Assembly: GCA_951406725.2 (NCBI GenBank)
Contig: OX597817.1
Span: forward strand, 144,584,001 to 144,648,000
DNA: 64,000 nt
Reading direction: 5' to 3'
Source: Octopus vulgaris
Lineage: Eukaryota
A program made the translations under genes and the position numbers. Position 1 is the first letter of the stretch. The number at the start of each line of letters is the position of its first letter. Shown here piece by piece: positions 1 to 12,930 of this stretch. The notes under the pieces are model-generated. The model was not told the DNA's origin. It made no database searches and saw nothing but the letters and a program-made list of their open reading frames with translations.

Positions 1-637
1 TTACCTAACCAAATCTGTTAACATTGTTCTCATTAGTATTTACTTATTATTCTAAACAGATTAAAAGAATGCATTAATTAGCTGATAGAAAAGAACGCTA
101 TTGTTGCACATGAATAAAAGAACTTGCTGAGAATCTTGTGTGACACTAATCCAGTTTCCATTACTGATTCTGTGTTTTTTTTTTTTGCTTTTTTTGTTTT
201 TGTTTTCTCATTTAATACATTTAACTGTCTAATAGACTTGGTAAAGAAAATCAGATCTTTTTTCTGTTTACCTCCTAACTATCAAAATAACTAAAATTAC
301 TATCTCCTCAATAACAATAGACTAATTGAAACCAGTGAGCTTTTCAAAATTCAAAGAATTTTGGGTTTTTTCATTTGTCTTTTCTTTTTTTTTCTTCTTT
401 TTTTTTTGATTAGAAGAATGCCCCTTACCAATTCTGTAGCAGCTGGGTTTATATATACATCTTCATGTTCATTGTTTAATGTCCATTTTCCATGCTGGCA
501 TATATATTTATACATGTGCTGCCTGACTGGTTACCATGTAGCATGTAAAAAGCACCATTCAAATGTGGTCGATGCCCTTGTGCCAGCGTAAAAAGCATCC
601 ACTATCAACTGCAGCATATTTTAGTGGTGGGGGGGAT

Positions 638-769
638 CTTGTATTTATTCTATTGGTCTCTTTTGCTGAACCTAAGCTAAGTTACAGGAATGTAAACAAA
701 CCAGCACTCGTTGTCAAGCAGTGTAGTGGAGGACAAACACACACATATACACACACACTCTCTCTCTAT

Positions 770-841
<72 letters not shown>

Positions 842-998
842 GTTTCTTTCAGTTTCCGTCAACCAAATTCACTCAAAAGGCTTTGGTCAGCTTGAGGCTA
901 TAGTAGAAGACACTTGCCCATGGTGCCATGCAATGTGACTTAATCCAGAACCATATCGTTGAGAAGCAAGCTTTTTATCACACAGTCATGCCTGCTTA
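638..998 (-). mobile_element. tRNA-derived SINE family A, 3'-truncated
   Basis: Reverse complement of the family A copy at 1290-1688, with internal (CA)n(TA)n. Confidence 0.85.
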
Positions 999-1009
999 TA
1001 GATATACAT

Positions 1010-1042
<33 letters not shown>

Positions 1043-1112
1043 CATACCAGAGTAAGCACATAAATGTGAAGCAAGGTTGAAAAAAGAGTGCTCAAATACC
1101 AGAGGTAGAGTA

Positions 1113-1282
1113 ATATACTTTATTTAAAAGCAGCAGAAATATAACAAAAGCTGTTACTCCAAGTTTCATGTTCCCGTTCATCAGACAGTTTTATTAAAAA
1201 AAAAAACTGTCCTATGAACAGGAACATGAAACTCGGAGTAACAGCTTTTGTTATATTTTTGCTGCTTTTAAATAAAGTATAT
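1113..1282. repeat. ~80-bp-arm inverted repeat, Penelope-like terminus junction
   Basis: 1113-1192 is the near-perfect reverse complement of 1203-1282; A-rich loop. Confidence 0.9.
1151..1188 (-). ncRNA. Minimal type-I hammerhead ribozyme motif
   Basis: ctgt-CTGATGA-acgggaacat-GAAA-cttggag-TA-acag: stem I ctgt/acag, GUA cleavage triplet; mutated twin on + strand at 1207-1244. Confidence 0.7.
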
Positions 1283-1289
1283 ATATATA

Positions 1290-1688
1290 GGCGCAGGAGT
1301 GGCTGTGTGGTAAGTAGCTTGTTTACCAACCACATGGTTCCGGGTTCAGTCCCACTGCGTGACACCATGGGCAAGTGTCTTCTACTATAGCCTCGGGCTG
1401 ACCAAAGCCTTGTGAGTGGATTTGGTAGACGGAAACCTGAAAGAAGCCTGTCGTATATATGTATATATATATATGCATGTGTGTGTTTGTGTGTCTGTAT
1501 TTGTTCCCCTAGCATTGCTTGACAACCGATGCTGGTGTGTTTATGTCCCGGTTACTTAGTGGTTCGGCAAAAGAGACCGATAAAATAAGTACTGGGCTTA
1601 CAAAAGAATAAGTCCCGGGGTCAAGTTGCTCGATTAAAGGCGGTGCTCCAGTATGGCCGCAGACAAATGACTGAAACAAGTAAAAGAA
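1290..1688 (+). mobile_element. SINE family A, near full length
   Basis: A-box-like TGGCTGTGTGG, B-box-like GGTTCAGTCCC, CCWTGGGCAAG body motif, internal microsatellite, GTAAAAGA tail; many copies in the window. Confidence 0.9.
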
Positions 1689-1720
1689 TATATATATATA
1701 TATATATATATATGGTTAAG

Positions 1721-1980
1721 ATGGAAGGAATGAGTTATGCTGATGTTCTGAGTAAATGCCTTCAGAATGATGTGGCTGATGTTAAGCTTGAACCTAAAAA
1801 GTTGACATTTGTGGAAAAGTAATTCCAGCGGAAAATTTACACCCTGGGGAAGAAGGATCGAGATGTGGTGTTTGCATAGGTATATGGAAGAAAGAGGTGG
1901 CAGTGTACGACTAATTATGTTTGGCAAGCAGAGGCTGTTGTTGTAGTGGGAGAAAAGATAGCGAGGAGACAATGCATCTG
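1721..1980 (+). pseudogene. Possible decayed non-LTR ORF1/gag-like remnant
   Basis: MEGMSYADVLSK... frame with scattered stops; possible degenerate CCHC knuckle ending RRQC. Confidence 0.25.
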
Positions 1981-2396
1981 TAGTTTGTTGATTGAGTCTT
2001 TGCCAGTTAGCCAAATTCCTTTTCGATGCGCTCTCAGATATTTGTCTAGTGGTACCACTATCTCAGTCGTAGAAGGAAATTTCCAGAACCAGTAATTGTT
2101 TAAAACTAAAGTATTTTCTCTCACAACTTCTCTATTAAGTTATAAATCACTAAGTCAGTAGGGTACCACTTATTAACCAGTAGGTAATAATTCATAGGTT
2201 TTAATTCCTCTAAATCTAAATAGATATCATTGGAAAGGTTCAGTCCCCATTAATCTCTATTTTTAATTACTATTTGAAGATAAAATCATTAGAAATTCTC
2301 TAACAACCAAATAGATTATCGGCTTTTGTCTGTTATGTATAAACTTGAATCAATGACTAGGTTAGATTTTGGTTCATTTTCTACTTTTATATACTA

Positions 2397-2783
2397 CTAG
2401 CAGTATCGCCTGGCATTGCTCGGGTTTGTTTCGACCCTTTAGAATTGGAATTTTCGAAAAGTAAAAATTTTGCATTATGTAGCTTGTTATTCTCTTTAAG
2501 TGAACATTTTTCTGGTTGAAGTACACTGATAAATGGCGACACAGCAGTCAAAAAATCGTAAAATATAGGGATTTTCATAGAGAAAAAAAAGCACCTTTTT
2601 GATGTAAATAATTTTTGGTGTTATCATGGTCCAATTTGAATTTTTTCTTCTACGGAAAGAAGAGCAAGCCTTCTATCATACTCTCAAATTTGGTCAACTT
2701 GTGCCGCAGTGTCTAGGAGGAGATAGTGTTAGTTGAAGGCTACCAAATCTGCTATACACAGACAACTTCAATATATATATAGA
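2397..2783 (-). mobile_element. Non-autonomous Helitron
   Basis: Minus strand starts TCTATATATAT and ends in a GC hairpin (CCCGAGCAATGCCAGG) then ...CTAG before a T. Confidence 0.75.
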
Positions 2784-3289
2784 GGTGTAATTTTTAATCT
2801 TTTGTGGAGCTGTTATACAGGAAAATATCCTGTCTTCTATACATGTGGATAGAAAGGTGTTGGGTGTGTATGTGCCAGGGTCAATCTAAATTGAGGTTAC
2901 GGTGTGACTGTAATGATATGGGTATTTGGCACATGACACTAGCTCGTGATTGTAGGTGAGGTTTTAGATCATGAATGAAACAAGATTGTAACACTGAACT
3001 GTTTCCACAGTATTTCGGCTATGACCATCCTCTTTTTTTCTCTTTTGTTGTATCTATACAAACAATATAAAAAGGAAAGGTGGAGTACATTATCCAATGA
3101 ACTCTTCTGTTTTTAAGATAGTTATGCGTATTTGAAGGAAGAGTGCTTATCTACCAGTACCTAGAGTTAAACACAAACTTAACACCTCAAAAATGAAGGC
3201 TATTCAACATTTTCCCTTAAAGAAAGTAGAACTACTTTTATGAGGTATGATAGACATAAAAACAGCCTGCATATGTGTGCATGTGTATA

Positions 3290-3337
<48 letters not shown>

Positions 3338-3825
3338 GTATATCTAAATTTCGAAGATATTGGCCCCATCTCCTCTTTAGCACAAAAAATAGCAGGCCAT
3401 TAGTTCGGGCCTTGTTATCTTAAAAATGTTAATAGCAATCATTATCTTATCTGAGACTTCCATGTCGCTTTGTTATGTTTGTTTATTTATTATTTGTTTT
3501 CAACATGTGCACATGGTTAAGGCACTACCATTTCTAGATATTGTTGTAATTGTTGCTGCTGTGATAATTTCTCAGTAAATGGTGTCTGTACCTCAGTGTA
3601 ATTCCCTGCTAGAGCTGTTTTCAATTACTTCGCTAATACCTTTGGGAAAGGCAGAGATGTAACCAAGTTCTAATTTCTTGCAGCTATGAAACTCATATTA
3701 GAAAATTATTATTAGAAATGTGCAGGTACAGGTGTAGCTGAGTGGTTAAGAAGCATGTTTCCCAGTCACATGGTACTGGGTTTAGTCCCATTGTGTGAAA
3801 CCTTGGGCAAGTGCCTTCTTCTATA

Positions 3826-4238
3826 TATTTCTTTACTACCCACAAGGGGCTAAACACAGAGGGGACAAACAAAGACAGACAAACGGATTAAGTCGATTAC
3901 ATCGACCCCAGTGTGTAACTGGTACTTAATTTATTGACCCCGAAAGGATGAAAGGTAAAGTCGACCTCGGCGGAATTTGAACACAGAACGTAACGGCAGA
4001 CGAAATACCTATTTCTTTACTACCCACAAGGGGCTAAACACAGAGAGGACAAACAAGGACAAACAAATGGATTAAGTCGATTACATCGACCCCAGTGTGT
4101 AACTGGTCCTAAATTTATCAATCCCGAAAGGATGAAAGGCAAAGTTGACCTCAGCGGAATTTGAACTCAAAACGTAACGGCAGACGAAATACGGCTATGC
4201 ATTTCGCTCGGCGTGCTAACTATTCTGCCAACTTGCCC
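3826..4238 (-). mobile_element. SINE family B, tandem-duplicated body
   Basis: Two units of GAGTTCAAATTCCGCCGAGGTCGACTTTGCCTTTCATCCTTTCGGGG-type sequence on the minus strand. Confidence 0.88.
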
Positions 4239-4824
4239 TTTTCTGTAATTCTTCCACTTCCTGATGTTTAATGCCTTTTTTTCCCAACCAGTTCATCAAG
4301 CTCGACACCCACATCCTCCTTCTCCTTCCTCTGCTTCCCTTCATGCCTTCATGTGTGTGTGTGAGTGTGTGTGCATCAATTAGTACCTCCTTGTCTTGAC
4401 ATTGCATGATGATTGTAAACAAGCATCCTTCATTTCCAGTCTTGCATGAAAACATGTTCTGGTGATGGGAAATATTATCTTAGTTGCAAACAGTTGAGGG
4501 TTGTTGACAGGAAAAGCACCCAACCATTCGAAAATCTGCCTCAACAAATTCATTTGAACCCTTGTGAAAATAGAAAATTGGACATTAAAACAATCTTCAT
4601 CAGCATCCTCATCATCAATATCATCATCATTCCCTAACTATTTGCTCACAGTCATACTGTATCCTCTCACTGTTACTCCCACCTCTCCTTCTAGAGCTTA
4701 TCTAAACTTATATTTATTATTTTATGTTGCAATTGATCAGTAATGTCATCATTGGTTACAAGTTTACAACTGACCACTGGCATTGGAGAGTGTCGAGAGT
4801 AATAATGCAGTATCAGCAACTCTA

Positions 4825-5108
4825 TGGAGGCACATGGCCTAGTTGTTAGAGCAGCGGACTCCCAGGTTCGGATCTCAGACCGGGCGATGTGTGTGTTTAT
4901 GAGCAAAACACCTAAGCTCCACGTGGCTCCGGCAGAAGGTAATGGCGAACCTCTGCTGACTCTTTCGCCACAACTTTCTCTCACTCTTTCCTCCTGCATC
5001 TTGCAGCTCACCTGCAACGGACTGGCGTCCCGTCCAGGTGGGGAATCTATATGCCAGAGAAACCAGGAACTGGCCCTTGTGAGCCAAGCGTGGCTCGAGA
5101 AGGAACAA
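4825..5108 (+). mobile_element. tRNA-derived SINE family D, tail type 1
   Basis: Head GGAGGCACATGGCCTAGT...GGTTCGGATCTC; body shared with 20770-21088 and 25190-25570. Confidence 0.85.
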
Positions 5109-5227
5109 TCAGTAACTCAGTGTAGAACAAATATCACAAAGGATTTTGTTAAAACATCACAAGTTTTAGTTGGGTGGGGTGTTTTTGTAGGTGATTGCAT
5201 TCTTTGCTGATATACATCTATGACAGA

Positions 5228-5267
<40 letters not shown>

Positions 5268-5968
5268 ATGGCTTTTTTTGCAAAGCTTCAGTCTATCAAA
5301 TGTTAGCCACAAGTAGGCATTGGTGGTCAAGCAAGACCATAGTAGAAACCACTTGCCTGAAGCACTGCACAGAAGGATCAAACCCAGAGCCACATTGTTG
5401 GGATGCAAACTTCTTCAGCACACAGTCATGTATCCTCATACCTCGTTCCCATCATTCTTTGCTTTAATTTTTCTTCAGACGCCAAACAATTTTCTTTAGA
5501 GCTGCTGGTGCCTCTAAACCCTTTTTGATACCAAACCTGGTTTTCTGAAATATACTTCCTGTATTAAAGTGTTCTGAATCAAAGCCTCCCATTAAAATTT
5601 CCTGTTGCTTTGTGTTCCAAATTCAAGTTTAATAATGGCTCAGTTATTCTACCAAAGTCTTCATTGTTTTCAAAATGAATTGAAACGAAGATGGTGTACT
5701 TCTACAGAAATCTCCATTAACATCTTTATGCTATGTTAGCATGGGTCAGATGGTTCAACAGCATCTGCCTGACCTGTGGGCTGTGTTAGCCTTTAACGTC
5801 TGCTTTGGTATGGTTTCTTTGGCTGGATGTTTTACATAATGTCAACCACTTTACTGTGTGTATTGAATGTTAAAGTACAAGAAAGTGGATAAAGAGAGAA
5901 CAGGGGAAGAAAATTGAGAACAGTTAGTTGGGTGGGTAGGTAAGTTTGTAAGAGTCTTTCCGGGTTCA

Positions 5969-6200
5969 GGCGGCGAGATGGCAGAAATGTTAGCACGCCG
6001 GGCGAAATGCGTAGCTGTATTTCATCTGCTGTTACGTTCTGAGTTCAAATTCCGCCGAGGTCGACTTTGCCTTTCATCCTTTTGGGGTTGATAAATTAAG
6101 TACCAGTTATGCACTGGGTTTGATATAATCAACTTAATCCATTTGTCTGTCCTTGTTTGTCCTCTTTGTGTTTAGCCCCTTGTGTGTAGTAAAGAAATAG
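5969..6200 (+). mobile_element. SINE family B with 21-bp target-site duplication
   Basis: TAGGTAAGTTTGTAAGAGTCT at 5937-5957 and 6198-6218. Confidence 0.9.
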
Positions 6201-6446
6201 GTAAGTTTGTAAGAGTCTGAAAGAGTGACAAACAGTAAATATGAGGATGTACATGAAAGCAGTGAATGGTGGTCATGGATGGAAGCGTGAGGAATGGTGA
6301 GACTCAGTTTGGGGAAATGAAAAGAAAAAAGGAGTGGGTCATACAGGAGGGGGTGATTATAGGTAATACATAAAAAAGAATGGTATTAAAAGGCTTCAAC
6401 ATTCTTCAAACCTGTATTTTCTTTCTAATGGCTAAATTTAACAGTT

Positions 6447-6675
6447 TTAATCCTTTAGCAATTCAGATTACTTTGTCAAATGTAATGCTTCTTTATTCAC
6501 ATTGTTTTGAATTAATCATGCATTTTCCCATTGCTTTGAGATTTCTATGATGTAATTGTTTATTTTTAGAATGACTTTGTTGGGTAGGTGCAAGAGGCCA
6601 GATTTAGCCAGTTTAGCTGTAAAACGTGTAGAATATTTGGACTGGATGTGGCTAGTTAGAATCCTGAAAGGTCAA
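6447..6675 (+). mobile_element. piggyBac-like MITE, diverged
   Basis: TTAA-(C)CCTTTAGCA left end; homologous to 21357-21489 and 40885-41097. Confidence 0.55.
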
Positions 6676-6685
6676 TATATAATAT

Positions 6686-7220
6686 AATGAAATTATTGTA
6701 TACAGTGCTCAGGTGCACCAAACTTGTCAAAAGTGCGTATAAAGTACATGCAGTAATGTAGAAATGTCTGGAAAGTGAACAGTGTATGAGTCAGATACAT
6801 GCTTGCATGTGTATGGAGGAGAGAAAATCAGGTGTAGTGTTGGCGAATCTCAGGAAGCATGGAAGTTTTGAAGGATGCAGTACTCCAACAACTAATAACT
6901 GATGCCGGCAGTTTGTTCCATGCTTCAGCAACTCTTAGCGTGAAAAAATGTTTCCTAAAGTCATGGGAGCTGTGCTGTTTTCTGACTTTGTAAACATGTC
7001 CACGAGTGTTAGACAGGTGGAGTTTGAAAAGGTGCTCAGAGTTATTGTTTGTAAGACGGTTAATAATTTTATGGGTGTCTGCCATGTCAGCTGCCAGATG
7101 TCGGAGTTTCAATGTATCCATGCCCAGGGAAGTAAGGCATTCAGAATATAGCAAATGCCTGATGGAGGGCATTCTCTTGGTTGCACGTCGCTGAATGGCT
7201 TCCAGACGATTAACATCATC
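6686..7220 (-). mobile_element. CR1-clade LINE 3' fragment (ORF2 C-terminus and 3' UTR)
   Basis: LEAIQRRATKR...TRGH...RKHFFTLRVAEAWNKLPASV; ORF 6828-7172. Confidence 0.9.
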
Positions 7221-7247
7221 TAGTTATCATCACATTCACTTTCTCAG

Positions 7248-7294
7248 TAGGGAAGGATTTGAAATGGACTCCAGGTGCTCTTCAAATTAATGAG
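7248..7294 (+). CDS. Candidate internal exon of an unidentified gene
   Basis: cactttctcAG acceptor, GAG|GTAACA donor, open frame GKDLKWTPGALQINE; no homology recognised. Confidence 0.2.
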
Positions 7295-7694
7295 GTAACA
7301 AAAGTGATGCTCTGTGAAGATAGTTGTCATCTAACTCTCTCTCTCACGAAAACCTGCATCCATCTGCAGTCCATCCAGTCAATCAATTGAATTTACATTT
7401 TTCAAATTATAGCAACATCCATGACTGCTGAAGTAAATATATTGCCATGGCAGATGTTCATCATCATCATCGTCTGTAATATTTAACTTGTCAACTGTGA
7501 TTTTGAAAAATCTTCTTTAAATCTAATCTCACTATTTACTTTGATGATGGCTATTTCCATCATAAACTGCTTCCAAGACTCAGAATATCTTGCTATTTAA
7601 ATTGTGCTATTAGTGGACAAATTGAATAAAATGGGCTTTGATTCAGAATAGTAAAAACTGTACTTGACATTTTTCAATTTCTTCCAGTCTTGTT

Positions 7695-8108
7695 ACTTAC
7701 TTTTACTCTTTTACTTGTTTCAGTCACTTGACTGTGACCATGCTGGAGCACCGCCTTTTAGTCAAGCAAATCGACCCCAGGACTTATTCTTTGTAAGCCT
7801 AGTACTTATTCTATCGGTCTCTCTTGCCGAACCACTAAGTTACGGGGATGCAAACACACCAGCATCAGTTGTCAAGCGATGTTGGGGGGGACAAAGACAG
7901 ACGCACAAACATACACACACACATACATGTATATATACATACATACGACGGGCTTCTTTCAGTTTCCATCTACCGAATCCACTCACAAGGCTTTGGTTGT
8001 CCTGAGGCTATAGTAGAAGACACTTGCCTAAGATGCCATGCAGTGGGACTGAACCTGGAACCACGTGGTTGGTAAGCAAGCTACTTACCACACAGCCACT
8101 CCTACGCA
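7695..8108 (-). mobile_element. SINE family A, full length
   Basis: Matches 1290-1688 in reverse complement. Confidence 0.9.
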
Positions 8109-8609
8109 TACTTGTTTCTTTGCTTCTATAAGAAATTTGGTTTCATTTCTGGATGCAGTCTATTTATTTATTTATCTATTTAGGCATTTATTTCGTTGTT
8201 GCCATTTTTCAAACCGTTATTATTTTTTTCAAAGATAGTTCTCCTGGTTTTCGACAACTAAATCCATTTTTAAAATGTCTTAATATGAAAGCTTAGATAG
8301 AAAAACCTTTTCCACACCACCACCACAACCACCATCACTGCTGCCGACACCATTTCTATAATAACTGCTTCTTAAGTCTGTAAGAGTCGCTAGTGTTGTG
8401 ACCCTGATCGCTATAATTACAACCACCACCACCACCCTGTCTTTCTCTCCCTCCTCTCTCTTTGCTTTTCCTTGCTGTCCATTGTTAACAACAGAATAAC
8501 AACATCGCTATGTTGCACTCTGCTCTGCACTTGTTGCAACACTGAATTGATCGTCCATGATATCTGTGAAATCTCATCGGATGTGATTCCGTTGCATGAT
8601 GTCTTTTAA

Positions 8610-8784
8610 TATCTATCTATCTATCTATCTCTATCTCTATATATCTATCTATCTCTATGTATCTATCTATCTCTATCTATCTATCTCTCTATGTATCTAT
8701 CTATCTATCTATCTATCTATCATCTATCTATCTATCTATCTATCTATATCTATCTATCTCTCTATATCTATCTATCTCTCTCTA

Positions 8785-8825
<41 letters not shown>

Positions 8826-8826
8826 C

Positions 8827-8861
<35 letters not shown>

Positions 8862-8922
8862 GTCTGTCTGTCTGTCTGTTTGTCTATCTATCTATCTCTA
8901 TCTGTCTGTCTATCTATCTATC

Positions 8923-9013
<91 letters not shown>

Positions 9014-9252
9014 CTGTCTGTCTGTCTATCTATCTTTATCTATCTATCTATCTATCTATCTCTATCTATCTATCTATCTATCTCTGTCTGTCTGTCTATC
9101 TATCTATCTTTATCTATCTATCTATCTATCTATCTCTATCTGTCTATCTATCTATTTCTATCTATCTATCTATCTATATCTATCTATCTATATCTTTCTA
9201 TTTGTCTATTTATCTATCTACTTATCTCTCTATCTATTCATCCATCCATCCA
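8610..9252. repeat. ~640-bp (TATC)n microsatellite with (TGTC) and (CATC) variants
   Basis: Direct reading; source of the YLSI-repeat ORFs. Confidence 0.97.
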
Positions 9253-9811
9253 TCTCTCCCCTTCTCTATATTCATCAATCCAGCCATTCAAACACACCCA
9301 AACATTTTACATGATGTAAATATGATATTTATTACATACCTTATGATGTGGTGGACTGTTACATCATATTTTGTTTTGTTGCTTATATGATATCAGTATA
9401 ATATTAGTTGCACATCTTCAGATCCAATACATTATTTAATTAGTTGTGAAAACAATATTACCGAAAATTCGGCGGGGCAACTCGATACAGTTAAACTTGG
9501 AAGATATTAAGTTTTTTATGTGTTTGTTTGTTAGTTTTTTAATATTTTGTCCTTTATCATGAATATTAATATTTTAAAATTTGACGTTAAATGAGATAGG
9601 AAAACATCTATCTTAATTTAAAATTGCTATTTTCCACCAATTCATATTCTCTGCATGTCGTAAGATGTAGCCTTATGAAAACAACCACTCTGTCTCACAT
9701 ATCTAAAGATATATATATATAATGTATATAAGAGTAAATGTAAGGACAAGTAAGTCAGTCAAATTGATATATAAAAAATGTTAAATACATGTAATACAAA
9801 GAATGTTCATA

Positions 9812-10628
9812 TAGGCACAGGAGTGGCTGTATGGTAAGTAGCTTACCTAGGAACCACATGATTCCAGTTTCTCACTTATGAGCACCCCTCATTCATTGGA
9901 CAATGAACTTTGCTTGTGAAGACCTAGTGAGGCAAGTGTAAACAAATTAAAATTACTGATGTGGCCAATGACAGTACCGTCTGATTGGCACTTGTGCCAG
10001 TGGAACGTTAAAAGCGCATCCAAGCGTGATTGTTGCTAGGGCCACGAACTGGCTCCTGTGCCAGTGACACGTGAAAAGCACCATTTGAGCATGGTTGTTA
10101 CCAGCATCGCCTTACCGGCACATGATCCGGTGGCATGTGAAAAACAACATTCGAGTATGGTCGTTGCCAGTGCTGCCAGACTGGCTCCCATGCAGGTAGC
10201 ACATAAAAACACCTTTTCAGTATGGTTGTTGCCAGTACTGCCTGACTGGCCCTCTTGCCAGTGGCATGTGAAAGCACCCACTACACTCTCAGAGTGGTTG
10301 GTGTTAGGAAAGGCATACAGCTGTAGAAACTTTGCCAGATCTGTTTAAGCCTGGTGCAGCCTCTGGCTCACCAGTCCTCAGTTAAACCGTCCAACCCATG
10401 CCAGCATGGAGCAAATCGACCCCAGGACTTATTCTTTGTAAGCCTAGTACTTATTCTATCAGTCTCTTCTGCCGAACTGCTAAGTTACGGGTATGTAAAC
10501 ACCAGCATCAATTGTCAAGCGATGTTGGGGATAAACACAGACACACAAACACGCACACACATATAATATATGTATGATGGGCTTCTTTCAGTTTCTATCT
10601 ACCAAATCTACTCACAAGGATTTAGTCA
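9812..10628. mobile_element. Family A head plus family C SINE (+) with internal repeat units, abutting a family A fragment (-)
   Basis: GCCAGT/ACTGGC-type units and tail CACCCACTACACTC...CCATGCCAGCATGG; family A reverse fragment from ~10408. Confidence 0.75.
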
Positions 10629-11292
10629 CCAAGTGTTCCTTGCAAGACAAAAACCCCTCGACTGGGAGGAGTGAGAAGTCATATTGAGAGGGTGTGGCTT
10701 TGTGCCAGTTGAGAGATTTAGGGTATAGAGGGGACAGATAAAGATGTCTTGCTGTAGAGAAGAAAGGAGTCTGTGCTCGTTCAATATATTAGGGTTCAAA
10801 CAGTTTTAATATGTTTTGGTGAAAATTCTACATAACTCACTTCATTTAGATTCCTGGAATATGTTTCAAGTCTTCTGGGAATGTTACTGATAGACTGACA
10901 TCATTTTAAAATAATTTAATCTAATATGGAGAGAAAGTGTCCATTACTCTTGCATCCTTACCTCTCCCCACTCCAAGAAAATGCATCTTCGCATGCTCTT
11001 GATGCTATAAATCAAATCTAAGAAATGTCTGTTTGCCTGTTGATGCTCTTTACGCACACATACGTTGTATATGTTCACAAGGGAGCTTCGGTGAGGTTAT
11101 TTAACTTACTAGAAATAACAACCAAATCTCCCTCAGATCACACCCCATCATCTCAAAGAAATGGAAGAACACATTGAATATTGTCACCTTGGATATACTG
11201 TTTAAAAAAATAATCATAAATAGTTGATCATGGCTGGAATACCCTTGAGAAAAGCTGACCTAGAACTAAACAATAACAAGAACATGCATATA

Positions 11293-11686
11293 CGTGGTCT
11301 GATCAGAAACTATTAGGACTGTTGCTTTAAAAAGAAGACTACAACACATCAATTCGGTTTACTTTATCCAATGTTGTTTCCATTGATAGAAGCATTCTTT
11401 GGAACTCCTTTTTTGAGATAGTGAGCAGTTGCCTTGTTGCATTCTCTTGGATTCCCTTGATGCCTTGAAATCCAATTCTTTTCAAATGGGATTTGATTTT
11501 TGAAAAGAGGGAGAAGCACAGGTAACTCCAAAGTTTTGTCAAAATTTGATGCAGATTCTCTGCTCAATTTTCCCTGCCATGGTCACTGTTGAATCTTCTG
11601 TGATGTCATGAGATGACAACACTCTACTTACTTTAATTCCAAACACTTTAATTCCATAAACAATGTTACTTTTTGATCAGACCATA
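11293..11686 (-). mobile_element. Internally deleted mariner with transposase C-terminal remnant
   Basis: TIRs TA-CGTGGTCTGATCA / TGATCAGACCATA; CFSLFSKIKSHLK...IQENATRQLLTISKKEFQ resembles the mariner C-terminus. Confidence 0.8.
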
Positions 11687-11798
11687 TCTGCAGTTCTATA
11701 TTTAAGAGATGAGGAATTACTCTTTACTCTTTTACTCTTTTCTTTGTTTCAGTCGACTGTGGCCAAGTTGGAGCACCACCTTTAGTCGAGCAAATCGA

Positions 11799-11957
11799 AT
11801 AATAATAATAATAATCATAACAACATTGAAAAAGGAATGAGAACCCAGGTTCAAAATTTCCCCAAGACACCTGATGAAGGCTGGAGGGTATATCAGCCAA
11901 AACGTGTTAACAACAAACATTATGAGGACAAATATCCGTCAAATGTAAATAACGTAT
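11799..11957 (+). mobile_element. Hammerhead-bearing tail of the tRNA-head element, 5'-truncated
   Basis: Highly similar to 32885-33050; gacac-CTGATGA-a-ggctg..cagcc-aAAAC at 11866-11908; inverted copy of the family 3' end at 11691-11719. Confidence 0.75.
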
Positions 11958-12629
11958 CTCAAATGTTAACAAGATATCACAAAATATCTGATCTGTCTTT
12001 TTAATCTGCACCATTTCTTTGGCTGTAGAAGTTGAAATACCGACATGACAGAAATTATGCAGATATTAGAGAACTGAGCAAGATGCTTTGTTGTGAGATT
12101 ATCCACTTTACATTCCCCCCATCTGTTGGTGATACCAAAGAAAGAAAGAGATGTAAAATGAAAGAGAGTGAGAGAGAGACGTACAATATATGCTAATATA
12201 CTTAGGTTTATCCACTTGGTTGAACTTATTCTTCCTACTTGGAAAAAAAAAAATGTTGAATATAATTTTCAGATTTATTATTTGTATTATGTTTGGTATT
12301 TTTAGGCCAATATTAGCATTCTGTCAGTTTCTAAGACTTTCATGTACATCAATGGTCTGTACTAACTACATTAGCTTTCTTTCTGAAAGTTCTTACTCTG
12401 GAATTCAAAATTAGATCTCTACAACAAGAGTCAGTATATGATTAAATTGGTTCTTGTAAGAGAATACATCCAGGGGTTTGTGTAAGTTTAAAAATCTAGC
12501 AAATAAAGCTGAAGTCCAGAGGTATGAAGGCTAATATGCCTAATAACTAAACTAGCTTTTCTCTTAAAACATTGGAAATGATCTCAGGTGTTGCAAAGTG
12601 AAGAACTTTTAAAGTTCAAATTTTATACT

Positions 12630-12930
12630 TTAAACCAGACATTTGATTAGAATGTCACATTGTGAGGTCATAGCTCCAGTGTTACAGACATGTGGTTAGA
12701 CAGATCTTTTAAGCTGAACCAACTTGTAGAAGACCTAGGTGTAGACCAAGAATGAGATGGTTAAGTAATATCCATCGTCTTAGTTGGTTATGGTTGGGAA
12801 TCCAGCAGGAAAGTCGAATGACAGCAGCAGCTGCTTCTGAGAGAACCTAGGGGAGGGGGGGTACCTGAGAACTCTACCCCTTATGACCCACCCAAGATAA
12901 GATGAAGATGGTAAAGAAAAGGATGATGAT
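12630..12930 (+). mobile_element. RTE-like LINE 3' remnant
   Basis: HVVRQIF..PTCRRPRCRPRMRW resembles the RTE ORF C-terminus; GAT-rich tail. Confidence 0.55.

Noticed and set aside
3001-3035. Minus-strand GAGGATGG..CCGAAA hammerhead remnant
   Set aside because: CUG of the core is missing and the stems are not supportable
8596-9390. 200-260 aa ORFs in three frames
   Set aside because: Read-through of the stop-free (TATC)n microsatellite
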